A stretch of 64,000 nucleotides of DNA from Balanoglossus misakiensis (Eukaryota > Animalia > Hemichordata): contig CM082587.2 in the NCBI GenBank assembly GCA_040954595.2, positions 11,537,403 through 11,601,402 of the forward strand, read 5' to 3'. The notes under the pieces were generated by a model. It did not search any database. It saw only the letters and a program-made list of their open reading frames with translations, and was not told the origin of the DNA. Positions 1 through 14,300 of the stretch are shown in pieces; the first letter of the stretch is position 1, and each line of letters opens with the position of its first letter. Both the position numbers and the translations under genes were made by a program.

Positions 1-3000
1 TTTTTATGACTTTTAAAAGCAGTGACACTGGCGGCATTCAACACGAAAATAACAATTTTAACCACAATTTGGTCAAAATGGTAAATTTTTGAAAATTACA
101 AAAAATACCTGTTTTCTACATTTTCGGAAATCTGATGGAGTATAGAATGCTCTTCGTATATATATATCGATACAAATTCCACAAAAGACCGTCTAATTTG
201 GCTCACTGCAGACAAAATTGCGTTTTACCAAATTTTCCTTGAAAATGTCATTTTTAGAAAAATAAAATAAAAAAACCTTCGTTCTTCGAATTTGGTGCCC
301 TGATCATATATGATATGTTGATTGTATGTTAAAACTTTCGACCACTCCAAAAATGCAGAGATATTGACGGAATTCAAGAAAAAATAGCCATTTTGGCCAT
401 ATTTTGACAAAATGGTACATTTTTAAAAAATCATAAAAAATAAACTCTTTTCTTCATTTTCGGAAATATTATGGAGCATGAAGTGTCGTTCTCTTGTAAA
501 AAGTGCTGCAAATTCCAGAAAATGTGGTATAATTTGAATCACCCAAGACAAAATTACCATTTTCGACTTGTTTTCGAAAAATTGTCTTTTTTACAAAATA
601 AATAAGAATAAATTCTTTTCTTAGTTTCAAACGGGTAGAGATACTTTCCACACGGGTTTTCTAACATTGAATTCCCGTTTATCAACTCAGATTTCCTACA
701 GCATAAGTCGGCTAAAACCCTGACACTCTAGAGCAGAAACAGTTGCACACTGATAACGTTGAACAAGTCGATTTTTCTACGGCCTGGCACGGCTAAATCT
801 CGTCACAATATGACAGACACTAGCGTACGTTAGCAACGGTGATCAAGTCAGATTTTCAACGGCATGGGTTGGATAAAGCCCCGGCACTCTAGAGCAGAAA
901 CACGCGTACAGAGACCACGTTGATCAAGTCTGATCTCCTACGGCTTGGCTCGACTAAAACCCCGGCACACTATGACAGACACTAGCGTTCGTTAGCAACG
1001 TTGATCAAGTCAGATTTCCTACGGCATGGCTCAGCTGAAGCCCCGGCACTCTAGAGCAGAAACAGGCGTACATTGACCACGTTGATCAAGTCAGATTTCC
1101 TACGGCGTGACTCGGCTGGTGCACCGGCTCTATATGACACAGACTGGCGTAAGTTATCAACGGTGATTACGTCGGATTTCCTACGGCCTGGTTTAGCTGA
1201 AGCCCCGGCACTTTAGAGCGGAAACACGCGTACATTGACCACGATGATCAAGTCAGATCTCCTACGGCCTGGCTCGACTAAAACCCCGGCACACCATGAC
1301 AGACACTAGCGTTCGTTAGCAACGGTGATCAAGTCGGATTTCCTTCGGCCTGGCTCTGCAAAAGACCCGACACTCTAGTACAAAGACGTTGGCTAAGTCG
1401 GGCAAACCGAACAGGGAAAGTCACAGCGGGTCAACACTCGACATTTGTTCCGGTAGGACTGCTTTATTGCCTGTCAATTTATAGAGAAAGCCCGAATTTA
1501 ACCAGGGCGTTTCAAACACCGACGTTATTTGGGGGCACGGCCTGCAGTACTGCCGGGTAAGCTGACATCGGCGTACCGCATATAATGTAGGGGGGGGGGG
1601 GGGAACAGAACGGTTAAATACTACATTTATCAGATATCAGCTAATTTTGGACAATCATCTAAAATGTAAATCATCTTTTCATATTTGGATATCTGATGAT
1701 GTATGAAATTTCCAATATATGTAAAAATGGTGCTGATTATAAAAAATGCACTCTGAATGAGCTGATTTAATACAAAATTGCGTTTTATTCGTTTTTGCAC
1801 CAAAAAGGTCATTTTTAGGCAAAACATTCTTTATTTTTTTAATTCGGTGACCTGATCATATATAAGCAATTGCTTGCATGTTAAAAGTTGTTATGACTTT
1901 TAAAAGCAGTGACACTGGCGGCATTCAACACGAAAATAACAATTTTAACCACAATTTGGTCAAAATGGTAAATTTTTGAAAATTACAAAAAATACCTGTT
2001 TTCTACATTTTCGGAAATCTGATGGAGTATAGAATGCTCTTCGTATATATATATCGACACAAATTCCACAAAAGACCGTCTAATTTGGCTCACTGCAGAC
2101 AAAATTGCGTTTTACCAAATTTTCCTTGAAAATGTCATTTTTAGAAAAATAAAATAAAAAAACCTTCGTTCTTCGAATTTGGTGCCCTGATCATATATGA
2201 TATGTTGATTGTATGTTAAAACTTTCGACCACTCCAAAAATGCAGAGATATTGACGGAATTCAAGAAAAAATAGCCATTTTGGCCATATTTTGACAAAAT
2301 GGTACATTTTTAAAAAATCATAAAAAATAAACTCTTTTCTTCATTTTCGGAAATATTATGGAGCATGAAGTGTCGTTCTCTTGTAAAAAGTGCTGCAAAT
2401 TCCAGAAAATGTGGTATAATTTGAATCACCCAAGACAAAATTACCATTTTCGACTTGTTTTCGAAAAATTGTCTTTTTTACAAAATAAATAAGAATAAAT
2501 TCTTTTCTTAGTTTCAAACGGGTAGAGATACTTTCCACACGGGTTTTCTAACATTGAATTCCCGTTTATCAACTCAGATTTCCTACAGCATAAGTCGGCT
2601 AAAACCCTGACACTCTAGAGCAGAAACAGTTGCACACTGATAACGTTGAACAAGTCGATTTTTCTACGGCCTGGCACGGCTAAATCTCGTCACAATATGA
2701 CAGACACTAGCGTACGTTAGCAACGGTGATCAAGTCAGATTTTCAACGGCATGGGTTGGATAAAGCCCCGGCACTCTAGAGCAGAAACACGCGTACAGAG
2801 ACCACGTTGATCAAGTCTGATCTCCTACGGCTTGGCTCGACTAAAACCCCGGCACACTATGACAGACACTAGCGTTCGTTAGCAACGTTGATCAAGTCAG
2901 ATTTCCTACGGCATGGCTCAGCTGAAGCCCCGGCACTCTAGAGCAGAAACAGGCGTACATTGACCACGTTGATCAAGTCAGATTTCCTACGGCGTGACTC

Positions 3001-3499
3001 GGCTGGTGCACCGGCTCTATATGACACAGACTGGCGTAAGTTATCAACGGTGATTACGTCGGATTTCCTACGGCCTGGTTTAGCTGAAGCCCCGGCACTT
3101 TAGAGCGGAAACACGCGTACATTGACCACGATGATCAAGTCAGATCTCCTACGGCCTGGCTCGACTAAAACCCCGGCACACCATGACAGACACTAGCGTT
3201 CGTTAGCAACGGTGATCAAGTCGGATTTCCTTCGGCCTGGCTCTGCAAAAGACCCGACACTCTAGTACAAAGACGTTGGCTAAGTCGGGCAAACCGAACA
3301 GGGAAAGTCACAGCGGGTCAACACTCGACATTTGTTCCGGTAGGACTGCTTTATTGCCTGTCAATTTATAGAGAAAGCCCGAATTTAACCAGGGCGTTTC
3401 AAACACCGACGTTAGTTGGGGGCACGGCCTGCAGTACTGCCGGGTAAGCTGACATCAGCGTACCGCATATAATGTAGGGGGGGGGGGGGGAACAGAACG

Positions 3500-4455
3500 G
3501 TTAAATACTACATTTATCAGATATCAGCTAATTTTGGACAATCATCTAAAATGTAAATCATCTTTTCATATTTGGATATCTGATGATGTATGAAATTTCC
3601 AATATATGTAAAAATGGTGCTGATTATAAAAAATGCACTCTGAATGAGCTGATTTAATACAAAATTGCGTTTTATTCGTTTTTGCACCAAAAAGGTCATT
3701 TTTAGGCAAAACATTCTTTATTTTTTTAATTCGGTGACCTGATCATATATAAGCAATTGCTTGCATGTTAAAAGTTTTTATGACTTTTAAAAGCAGTGAC
3801 ACTGGCGGCATTCAACACGAAAATAACAATTTTAACCACAATTTGGTCAAAATGGTAAATTTTTGAAAATTACAAAAAATACCTGTTTTCTACATTTTCG
3901 GAAATCTGATGGAGTATAGAATGCTCTTCGTATATATATATCGATACAAATTCCACAAAAGACCGTCTAATTTGGCTCACTGCAGACAAAATTGCGTTTT
4001 ACCAAATTTTCCTTGAAAATGTCATTTTTAGAAAAATAAAATAAAAAAACCTTCGTTCTTCGAATTTGGTGCCCTGATCATATATGATATGTTGATTGTA
4101 TGTTAAAACTTTCGACCACTCCAAAAATGCAGAGATATTGACGGAATTCAAGAAAAAATAGCCATTTTGGCCATATTTTGACAAAATGGTACATTTTTAA
4201 AAAATCATAAAAAATAAACTCTTTTCTTCATTTTCGGAAATATTATGGAGCATGAAGTGTCGTTCTCTTGTAAAAAGTGCTGCAAATTCCAGAAAATGTG
4301 GTATAATTTGAATCACCCAAGACAAAATTACCATTTTCGACTTGTTTTCGAAAAATTGTCTTTTTTACAAAATAAATAAGAATAAATTCTTTTCTTAGTT
4401 TCAAACGGGTAGAGATACTTTCCACACGGGTTTTCTAACATTGAATTCCCGTTTA
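3500..4455. repeat. AT-rich block of the unit (example copy): degenerate ~330-bp dimer of a ~165-bp ancestral monomer with many A/T tracts
   Basis: In the preceding unit, motifs recur at ~327-335 bp (caaaattgcgtttta ~1773/2100; ctgatcatatat ~1852/2187; catatttggatatctgatga/cattttcggaaatctgatgg/cattttcggaaatattatgg ~1680/2006/2342), with weaker similarity at the half period. Confidence 0.75.
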
Positions 4456-5340
4456 TCAACTCAGATTTCCTACAGCATAAGTCGGCTAAAACCCTGACAC
4501 TCTAGAGCAGAAACAGTTGCACACTGATAACGTTGAACAAGTCGATTTTTCTACGGCCTGGCACGGCTAAATCTCGTCACAATATGACAGACACTAGCGT
4601 ACGTTAGCAACGGTGATCAAGTCAGATTTTCAACGGCATGGGTTGGATAAAGCCCCGGCACTCTAGAGCAGAAACACGCATACAGAGACCACGTTGATCA
4701 AGTCTGATCTCCTACGGCTTGGCTCGACTAAAACCCCGGCACACTATGACAGACACTAGCGTTCGTTAGCAACGTTGATCAAGTCAGATTTCCTACGGCA
4801 TGGCTTTGCTAAAGCCCTGACACTCTAGAGCAGAAACACGCGTACAGAGACCACGTTGATCTACTCACATTTCCTTCGGCCTGGCACGGCTGATGCCCCG
4901 GCACTATATATAGGACACAGACTGGCGTAAGTTAACAACGGTAATCACGTCGGGTTTCCTACGGCCTGGCTCAGCTGAAGCCCCGGCACTCTAGAGCAGA
5001 AACAGGCGTACATTGACCACGTTGATCAAGTCAGATTTCCTACGGCGTGACTCGGCTGGTGCACCGGCTCTATATGACACAGACTGGCGTAAGTTATCAA
5101 CGGTGATTACGTCGGATTTCCTACGGCCTGGTTTAGCTGAAGCCCCGGCACTTTAGAGCGGAAACACGCGTACATTGACCACGATGATCAAGTCAGATCT
5201 CCTACGGCCTGGCTCGACTAAAACCCCGGCACACCATGACAGACACTAGCGTTCGTTAGCAACGGTGATCAAGTCGGATTTCCTTCGGCCTGGCTCTGCA
5301 AAAGACCCGACACTCTAGTACAAAGACGTTGGCTAAGTCG
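4456..5340. repeat. GC-richer subrepeat block of the unit (example copy): ~11 monomers of ~81-82 bp alternating between two types (164-bp dimer)
   Basis: The motif gatcaagtcagatttcctacggc recurs every ~81-82 bp. Monomers alternate ...gcactctagagcagaaacacgcgtac... and ...gcacactatgacagacactagcgttcgttagc... Confidence 0.92.
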
Positions 5341-8300
5341 GGCAAACCGAACAGGGAAAGTCACAGCGGGTCAACACTCGACATTTGTTCCGGTAGGACT
5401 GCTTTATTGCCTGTCAATTTATAGAGAAAGCCCGAATTTAACCAGGGCGTTTCAAACACCGACGTTAGTTGGGGGCACGGCCTGCAGTACTGCCGGGTAA
5501 GCTGACATCAGCGTACCGCATATAATGTAGGGGGGGGGGGGAACAGAACGGTTAAATACTACATTTATCAGATATCAGCTAATTTTGGACAATCATCTAA
5601 AATGTAAATCATCTTTTCATATTTGGATATCTGATGAAGTATGAAATTTCCAATATATGTAAAAATGGTGCTGATTATAAAAAATGCACTCTGAATGAGC
5701 TGATTTAATACAAAATTGCGTTTTATTCGTTTTTGCACCAAAAAGGTCATTTTTAGGCAAAACATTCTTTATTTTTTTAATTCGGTGACCTGATCATATA
5801 TAAGCAATTTCTTGCATGTTAAAAGTTTTTATGACTTTTAAAAGCAGTGACACTGGCGGCATTCAACACGAAAATAACAATTTTAACCACAATTTGGTCA
5901 AAATGGTAAATTTTTGAAAATTACAAAAAATACCTGTTTTCTACATTTTCGGAAATCTGATGGAGTATAGAATGCTCTTCGTATATATATATCGATACAA
6001 ATTCCACAAAAGACCGTCTAATTTGGCTCACTGCAGACAAAATTGCGTTTTACCAAATTTTCCTTGAAAATGTCATTTTTAGAAAAATAAAATAAAAAAA
6101 CCTTCGTTCTTCGAATTTGGTGCCCTGATCATATATGATATGTTGATTGTATGTTAAAACTTTCGACCACTCCAAAAATGCAGAGATATTGACGGAATTC
6201 AAGAAAAAATAGCCATTTTGGCCATATTTTGACAAAATGGTACATTTTTAAAAAATCATAAAAAATAAACTCTTTTCTTCATTTTCGGAAATATTATGGA
6301 GCATGATGTGTCGTTCTTTTGTAAAAAGTGCTGCAAATTCCAGAAAATGTGGTATAATTTGAATCACCCAAGACAAAATTACCATTTTCGACTTGTTTTC
6401 GAAAAATTGTCTTTTTTACAAAATAAATAAGAATAAATTCTTTTCTTAGTTTCAAACGGGTAGAGATACTTTCCACACGGGTTTTCTAACATTGAATTCC
6501 CGTTCATCAACTCAGATTTCCTACAGCATAAGTCGGCTAAAACCCTGACACTCTAGAGCAGAAACAGTTGCACACTGATAACGTTGAACAAGTCGATTTT
6601 TCTACGGCCTGGCTCGGCTAAATCTCGTCACAATATGACAGACACTAGCGTACGTTAGCAACGGTGATCAAGTCAGATTTTCAACGGCATGGGTTGGATA
6701 AAGCCCCGGCACTCTAGAGCAGAAACACGCGTACAGAGACCACGTTGATCAAGTCTGATCTCCTACGGCTTGGCTCGACTAAAACCCCGGCACACTATGA
6801 CAGACACTAGCGTTCGTTAGCAACGTTGATCAAGTCAGATTTCCTACGGCATGGCTTTGCTAAAGCCCTGACACTCTAGAGCAGAAACACGCGTACAGAG
6901 ACCACGTTGATCTACTCACATTTCCATCGGCCTGGCACGGCTGATGCCCCGGCACTATATATAGGACACAGACTGGCGTAAGTTAACAACGGTGATTACG
7001 TCGGATTTCCTACGGCCTGGTTTAGCTGAAGCCCCGGCACTTTAGAGCGGAAACACGCGTACATTGACCACGTTGATCAAGTCAGATTTCCTTCGGCGTG
7101 ACTCGGCTGGTGCACCGGCTCTATATGACACAGACTGGCGTAAGTTATCAACGGTGATTACGTCGGATTTCCTACGGCCTGGTTTAGCTGAAGCCCCGGC
7201 ACTTTAGAGCGGAAACACGCGTACATTGACCACGATGATCAAGTCAGATCTCCTACGGCCTGGCTCGACTAAAACCCCGGCACACCATGACAGACACTAG
7301 CGTTCGTTAGCAACGGTGATCAAGTCGGATTTCCTTCGGCCTGGCTCTGCAAAAGACCCGACACTCTAGTACAAAGACGTTGGCTAAGTCGGGCAAACCG
7401 AAGAGGGAAAGTCACAGCGGGTCAACACTCGACATTTGGTCGGGTAGGACTGCATTATTGCCTGTCAATTTATAGAGAAAGCCCGAATTTAACCAGGGCG
7501 TTCCAAACACCGACGTTAGTTGGGGGCACGGCCTGCAGTACTGCCGGGTAAGCTGACATCGGCGTACCGCATATAATGTAAGGGGGGGGGGACAGAACGG
7601 TTCAATACTACATTTATTAGATATCAGCTAATTTTTGACAATCATCTAAAATCTAAATCATTTTTTCATATTTGGATATCTGATGATGTATGAAATTTCC
7701 ATTATATGTAAAAATGGTGCTTATTATAAAACATGCACTCTGAATGAACTGATTTAATACAAGATTGCGTTTTATTCGTTTTTGCACCAAAAAGGTCATT
7801 TTTAGGCAAAACATTCTTTATATTTTTAATTCGGTGACCTGATCATATATAAACAATTGCTTGTATGTTAAAAGTTTTTATGACTTTTAAAAGCAGTGAC
7901 ACTGGCGGCATTCATCACGAAAATAACAATTTTAGCCACAATTTGGTCAAAATGGTAAATTTTTGAAAATTACAAAAAATACCTGTTTTCTACATTTTCG
8001 GAAATCTGATGGAGTATAGAATGCTCTTCGTATGTATATATCGATACAAATTCCACAAAAGACCGTCTAATTTGGCTCACTGCAGACAAAATTGCGTTTT
8101 ACCAAATTTTCCTTGAAAATGTCATTTTTAGAAAAAAAAATAAAAAAACCTTTGTTCTTCGAATTTGGTGCCCTGATCATATATGACATGTTGATTGTAT
8201 GTTAAAACTCTCCACCACTCCAAAAATGCAGAGATATTGACGGAATTCAAGAAAAATAGCCATTTTGGCCATATTTTGACAAAAATGGTAAATTTTTGAA

Positions 8301-11300
8301 AAATCATAAAAAATTAACTCTTTTCTTCATTTTCGGAAATATTATGGAGCATGAAGTGTCGTTCTCTTGCAAAAAGTGCTGCAAATTCCAGAAAAGGCGG
8401 TATAATTTGAATCACCCAAGACAAAATTACCATTTTCAACTTTTTTTCGAAAAATTGTCTTTTTTTACAAAATAAATAAGAATAAATTCTTTTCTTAGTT
8501 TCAAACGGGTAGAGATACTTTCCACACGGATTTTCTAACATTGAATTCCCGTTCATCAACTCAGATTTCCTACAGCATAAGTCGGCTAAAACCCTGACAC
8601 TCTAGAGCAGAAACAGTTGCACACTGGTAACGTTGAACAAGTCGATTTTTCTACGACCTGGCTCGGCTAAATCTCCGTCACAATATGACAGACACTAGCG
8701 TACGTTAGCAACGGTGATCAAGTCAGATTTTCTACGGCATGGCTTGGATAAAGCCCCGGCACTCTAGAGCAGAAACACGCGTACAGAGACCACGTTGATC
8801 AAGTCTGATCTCCTACGGCTTGGCTCGACTAAAACCCCGGCACACTATGACAGACACTAGCGTTCGTTAGCAACGGTGATCAAGTCGGATTTCCTTCGGC
8901 CTGGCTCTGCAAAAGACCCGACACTCTAGTACAAAGACGTTGGCTAAGTCGGGCAAACCGAAGAGGGAAAGTCACAGCGGGTCAACACTCGACATTTGGT
9001 CGGGTAGGACTGCATTATTGCCTGTCAATTTATAGAGAAAGCCCGAATTTAACCAGGGCGTTCCAAACACCGACGTTAGTTGGGGGCACGGCCTGCAGTA
9101 CTGCCGGGTAAGCTGACATCAGCGTACCGCATATAATGTAGGGGGGGGGGGGGACAGAACGGTTAAATACTACATTTATCAGATATCAGCTAATTTTGGA
9201 CAATCATCTAAAATGTAAATCATCTTTTCATATTTGGATATCTGATGATGTATGACATTTCCATTATATGTAAAAATGGTGCTGATTATAAAAATGCACT
9301 CTGAATGAGCTGATTTAATGCAAAATTGCGTTTTATTCGTTTTTGCACCAAAAAGGTCATTTTTAGGCAAAACATTCTTTATTTTTTTAATTCGGTGACC
9401 TGATCATATATAAACAATTGCTTGTATGTTAAAAGTTTTTATGACATTTAAAAGCAGTGACACTGGCGGCATTCAACACGAAAATAACAATTTTAGCCAC
9501 AATTTGGTCAAAATGGTAAATTTTTGAAAATTACAAAAAATACCTGTTTTCTACATTTTCGGAAATCTGATGGAGTATAGAATGCTCTTCGTACGTATAT
9601 ATCGATACAAATTCCACAAAAGACCGTCTAATTTGGCTCACTGCAGACAAAATTGCGTTTTACAAAATTTTCCTTGAAAATGTCATTTTTAGAAAAAAAA
9701 AATAAAAAAACCTTTTATCTTCGAATTTGGTGCCCTGATCATATATGACATGTTGATTGTATGTTAAAACTTTCGACCACTCCAAAAATGCAGAGATATT
9801 GACGGAATTCAAGAAAAAATAGCCATTTTGGCCATATTTTGACAAAAATGGTAAATTTTTAAAAAATCATAAAAAATTAACTCTTTTCTTCATTTTCGGA
9901 AATATTATGGAGCATGAAGTGTCGTTCTCTTGTAAAAAGTGCTGCAAATTCCAGAAAAGGCGGTATAATTTGAATCACCCAAGACAAAATTACCATTTTC
10001 GACTTTTTTTCGAAAAATTGTCTTTTTTACAAAATAAATAAGAATTAATTCTTTTCTTAGTTTCAAACGGGTAGAGATACTTTCCACACGGGTTTTCTAA
10101 CATTGAATTCCCGTTCATCAACTCAGATTTCCTACAGCATAAGTCGGCTAAAACCCTGAGACTTTAGAGCAGAAACAGTTGCACACTGGTAACGTTGAAC
10201 AAGTCGATTTTTCTACGGCCTGGCTCGGCTAAATCTCCGTCACAATATGACAGACACTATCGTACGTTAGCAACGGTGATCAAGTCAGATTTTCAACGGC
10301 ATGGGTTGGATAAAGCCCCGGCACTCTAGAGCAGAAACACGCGTACAGAGACCACGTTGATCAAGTCTGATCTCCTACGGCTTGGCTCGACTAAAACCCC
10401 GGCACACTATGACAGACACTAGCGTTCGTTAGCAACGTTGATCAAGTCAGATTTCCTACGGCATGGCTTTGCTAAAGCCCTGACACTCTAGAGCAGAAAC
10501 ACGCGTACAGAGACCACGTTGATCTACTCACATTTCCTTCGGCCTGGCACGGCTGATGCCCCGGCACTATATATAGGACACAGACTGGCGTAAGTTAACA
10601 ACGGTAATCACGTCGGGTTTCCTACGGCCTGGCTCAGCTGAAGCCCCGGCACTCTAGAGCAGAAACAGGCGTACATTGACCACGTTGATCAAGTCAGATT
10701 TCCTACGGCGTGAATCGGCTGGTGCACCGGCTCTATATGACACAGACTGGCGTAAGTTATCAACGGTGATTACGTCGGATTTCCTACGGCCTGGTTTAGC
10801 TGAAGCCCCGGCACTTTAGAGCGGAAACACGCGTACATTGACCACGATGATCAAGTCAGATCTCCTACGGCCTGGCTCGACTAAAACCCCGGCACACCAT
10901 GACAGACACTAGCGTTCGTTAGCAACGGTGATCAAGTCGGATTTCCTTCGGCCTGGCTCTGCAAAAGACCCGACACTCTAGTACAAAGACGTTGGCTAAG
11001 TCGGGCAAACCGAACAGGGAAAGTCACAGCGGGTCAACACTCGACATTTGTTCCGGTAGGACTGCATTATTGCCTGTCAATTTATAGAGAAAGCCCGAAT
11101 TTAACCAGGGCGTTTCAAACACCGACGTTAGTTGGGGGCACGGCCTGCAGTACTGCCGGGTAAGCTGACATCGGCGTACCGCATATAATGTAGGGGGGGG
11201 GGGGGGCAGAACGGTTCAATACTACATTTATTAGATATCAGCTAGTTTTGGACAATCATCTAAAATCTAAATCATGTTTTCATATTTGGATATCTGATGA

Positions 11301-14300
11301 TGTATGAAATTTCCATTATATGTAAAAATGGTGCTGATTATAAAAAATGCACTCTGAATGAGCTGATTTAATGCAAAATTGCGTTTTATTCGTTTTTGCA
11401 CCAAAAAGGTCATTTTTAGGCAAAACATTCTTTATTTTTTTAATTCGGTGACCTGATCATATATAAACAATTGCTTGTATGTTAAAAGTTTTTATGACAT
11501 TTAAAAGCAGTGACACTGGCGGCATTCAACACGAAAATAACAATTTTAGCCACAATTTGGTCAAAATGGTAAATTTTTGAAAATTACAAAAAATACCTGT
11601 TTTCTACATTTTCGGAAATCTGATGGAGTATAGAATGCTCTTCGTACGTATATATCGATACAAATTCCACAAAAGACCGTCTAATTTGGCTCACTGCAGA
11701 CAAAATTGCGTTTTACAAAATTTTCCTTGAAAATGTCATTTTTAGAAAAAAAAAAAATAAAAAAACCTTTTATCTTCGAATTTGGTGCCCTGATCATATA
11801 TGACATGTTGATTGTGTGTTAAAACTTTCGACCACTCCAAAAATGCAGAGATATTGACGGAATTCAAGAAAAAATAGCCATTTTGGCCATATTTTGACAA
11901 AAATGGTAAATTTTTAAAAAATCATAAAAAATTAACTCTTTTCTTCATTTTCGGAAATATTATGGAGCATGAAGTGTCGTTCTTTTGTAAAAAGTGCTGC
12001 AAATTCCAGAAAAGGCGGTATAATTTGAATCACCCAAGACAAAATTACCATTTTCGACTTTTTTTCGAAAAATTGTCTTTTTTACAAAATAAATAAGAAT
12101 TAATTCTTTTCTTAGTTTCAAACGGGTAGAGATACTTTCCACACGGGTTTTCTAACATTGAATTCCCGTTCATCAACTCAGATTTCCTACAGCATAAGTC
12201 GGCTAAAACCCTGAGACTTTAGAGCAGAAACAGTTGCACACTGGTAACGTTGAACAAGTCGATTTTTCTACGGCCTGGCTCGGCTAAATCTCCGTCACAA
12301 TATGACAGACACTATCGTACGTTAGCAACGGTGATCAAGTCAGATTTTCAACGGCATGGGTTGGATAAAGCCCCGGCACTCTAGAGCAGAAAAACGCGTA
12401 CAGAGACCACGTTGATCAAGTCTGATCTCCTACGGCTTGGCTCGACTAAAACACCGGCACACTATGACAGACACTAGCGTTCGTTAGCAACGTTGATCAA
12501 GTCAGATTTCCTACGGCATGGCTTTGCTAAAGCCCTGACACTCTAGAGCAGAAACACGCGTACAGAGACCACGTTGATCTACTCACATTTCCTTCGGCCT
12601 GGCACGGCTGATGCCCCGGCACTATATATAGGACACAGACTGGCGTAAGTTAACAACGGTAATCACGTCGGGTTTCCTACGGCCTGGCTCAGCTGAAGCC
12701 CCGGCACTCTAGAGCAGAAACAGGCGTACATTGACCACGTTGATCAAGTCAGATTTCCTACGGCGTGACTCGGCTGGTGCACCGGCTCTATATGACACAG
12801 ACTGGCGTAAGTTATCAACGGTGATTACGTCGGATTTCCTACGGCCTGGTTTAGCTGAAGCCCCGGCACTTTAGAGCGGAAACACGCGTACATTGACCAC
12901 GATGATCAAGTCAGATCTCCTACGGCCTGGCTCGACTAAAACCCCGGCACACCATGACAGACACTAGCGTTCGTTAGCAACGGTGATCAAGTCGGATTTC
13001 CTTCGGCCTGGCTCTGCAAAAGACCCGACACTCTAGTACAAAGACGTTGGCTAAGTCGGGCAAACCGAACAGGGAAAGTCACAGCGGGTCAACACTCGAC
13101 ATTTGTTCCGGTAGGACTGCCTTATTGCCTGTCAATTTATAGAGAAAGCCCGAATTTAACCAGGGCGTTTCAAACACCGACGTTAGTTGGGGGCACGGCC
13201 TGCAGTACTGCCGGGTAAGCTGACATCAGCGTACCGCATATAATGTAGGGGGGGGGAACAGAACGGTTAAATACTACATTTATCAGATATCAGCTAATTT
13301 TGGACAATCATCTAAAATGTAAATCATCTTTTCATATTTGGATATCTGATGATGTATGAAATTTCCAATATATGTAAAAATGGTGCTGATTATAAAAAAT
13401 GCACTCTGAATGAGCTGATTTAATACAAAATTGCGTTTTATTCGTTTTTGCACCAAAAAGGTCATTTTTAGGCAAAACATTCTTTATTTTTTTAATTCGG
13501 TGACCTGATCATATATAAGCAATTGCTTGCATGTTAAAAGTTTTTATGACTTTTAAAAGCAGTGACACTGGCGGCATTCAACACGAAAATAACAATTTTA
13601 ACCACAATTTGGTCAAAATGGTAAATTTTTGAAAATTACAAAAAATACCTGTTTTCTACATTTTCGGAAATCTGATGGAGTATAGAATGCTCTTCGTATA
13701 TATATATCGATACAAATTCCACAAAAGACCGTCTAATTTGGCTCACTGCAGACAAAATTGCGTTTTACCAAATTTTCCTTGAAAATGTCATTTTTAGAAA
13801 AATAAAATAAAAAAACCTTCGTTCTTCGAATTTGGTGCCCTGATCATATATGATATGTTGATTGTATGTTAAAACTTTCGACCACTCCAAAAATGCAGAG
13901 ATATTGACGGAATTCAAGAAAAAATAGCCATTTTGGCCATATTTTGACAAAATGGTACATTTTTAAAAAATCATAAAAAATAAACTCTTTTCTTCATTTT
14001 CGGAAATATTATGGAGCATGAAGTGTCGTTCTCTTGTAAAAAGTGCTGCAAATTCCAGAAAATGTGGTATAATTTGAATCACCCAAGACAAAATTACCAT
14101 TTTCGACTTGTTTTCGAAAAATTGTCTTTTTTACAAAATAAATAAGAATAAATTCTTTTCTTAGTTTCAAACGGGTAGAGATACTTTCCACACGGGTTTT
14201 CTAACATTGAATTCCCGTTTATCAACTCAGATTTCCTACAGCATAAGTCGGCTAAAACCCTGACACTCTAGAGCAGAAACAGTTGCACACTGATAACGTT

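Noticed and set aside
1010-1100. 5S rRNA-like words (cctacggc, ccacgttga)
   Set aside because: Short matches in the wrong arrangement, with no box A/C or 5S secondary structure.
1190-1245. Hammerhead-like CTGAAG...GAAACACGCGTA in the GC subrepeats
   Set aside because: The conserved A of CUGANGA is C, and helices I and II cannot be formed convincingly.
683-1400. CRISPR-like array in the 82-bp repeats
   Set aside because: The intervening parts are homologous to each other rather than unique spacers; there are no cas genes and the context is eukaryotic.
1590-1603. Variable poly-G tract as a phase-variable switch or G-quadruplex
   Set aside because: A single run of ~7-14 G whose variation is expected from slippage or sequencing error; no linked gene.
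1680-1725. Minimal hammerhead ribozyme core (CTGATGA tgtat GAAA tttc)
   Set aside because: No helix II pair, helix I is out of register, GAAA is mutated in several units, and homologous monomers lack the motif.
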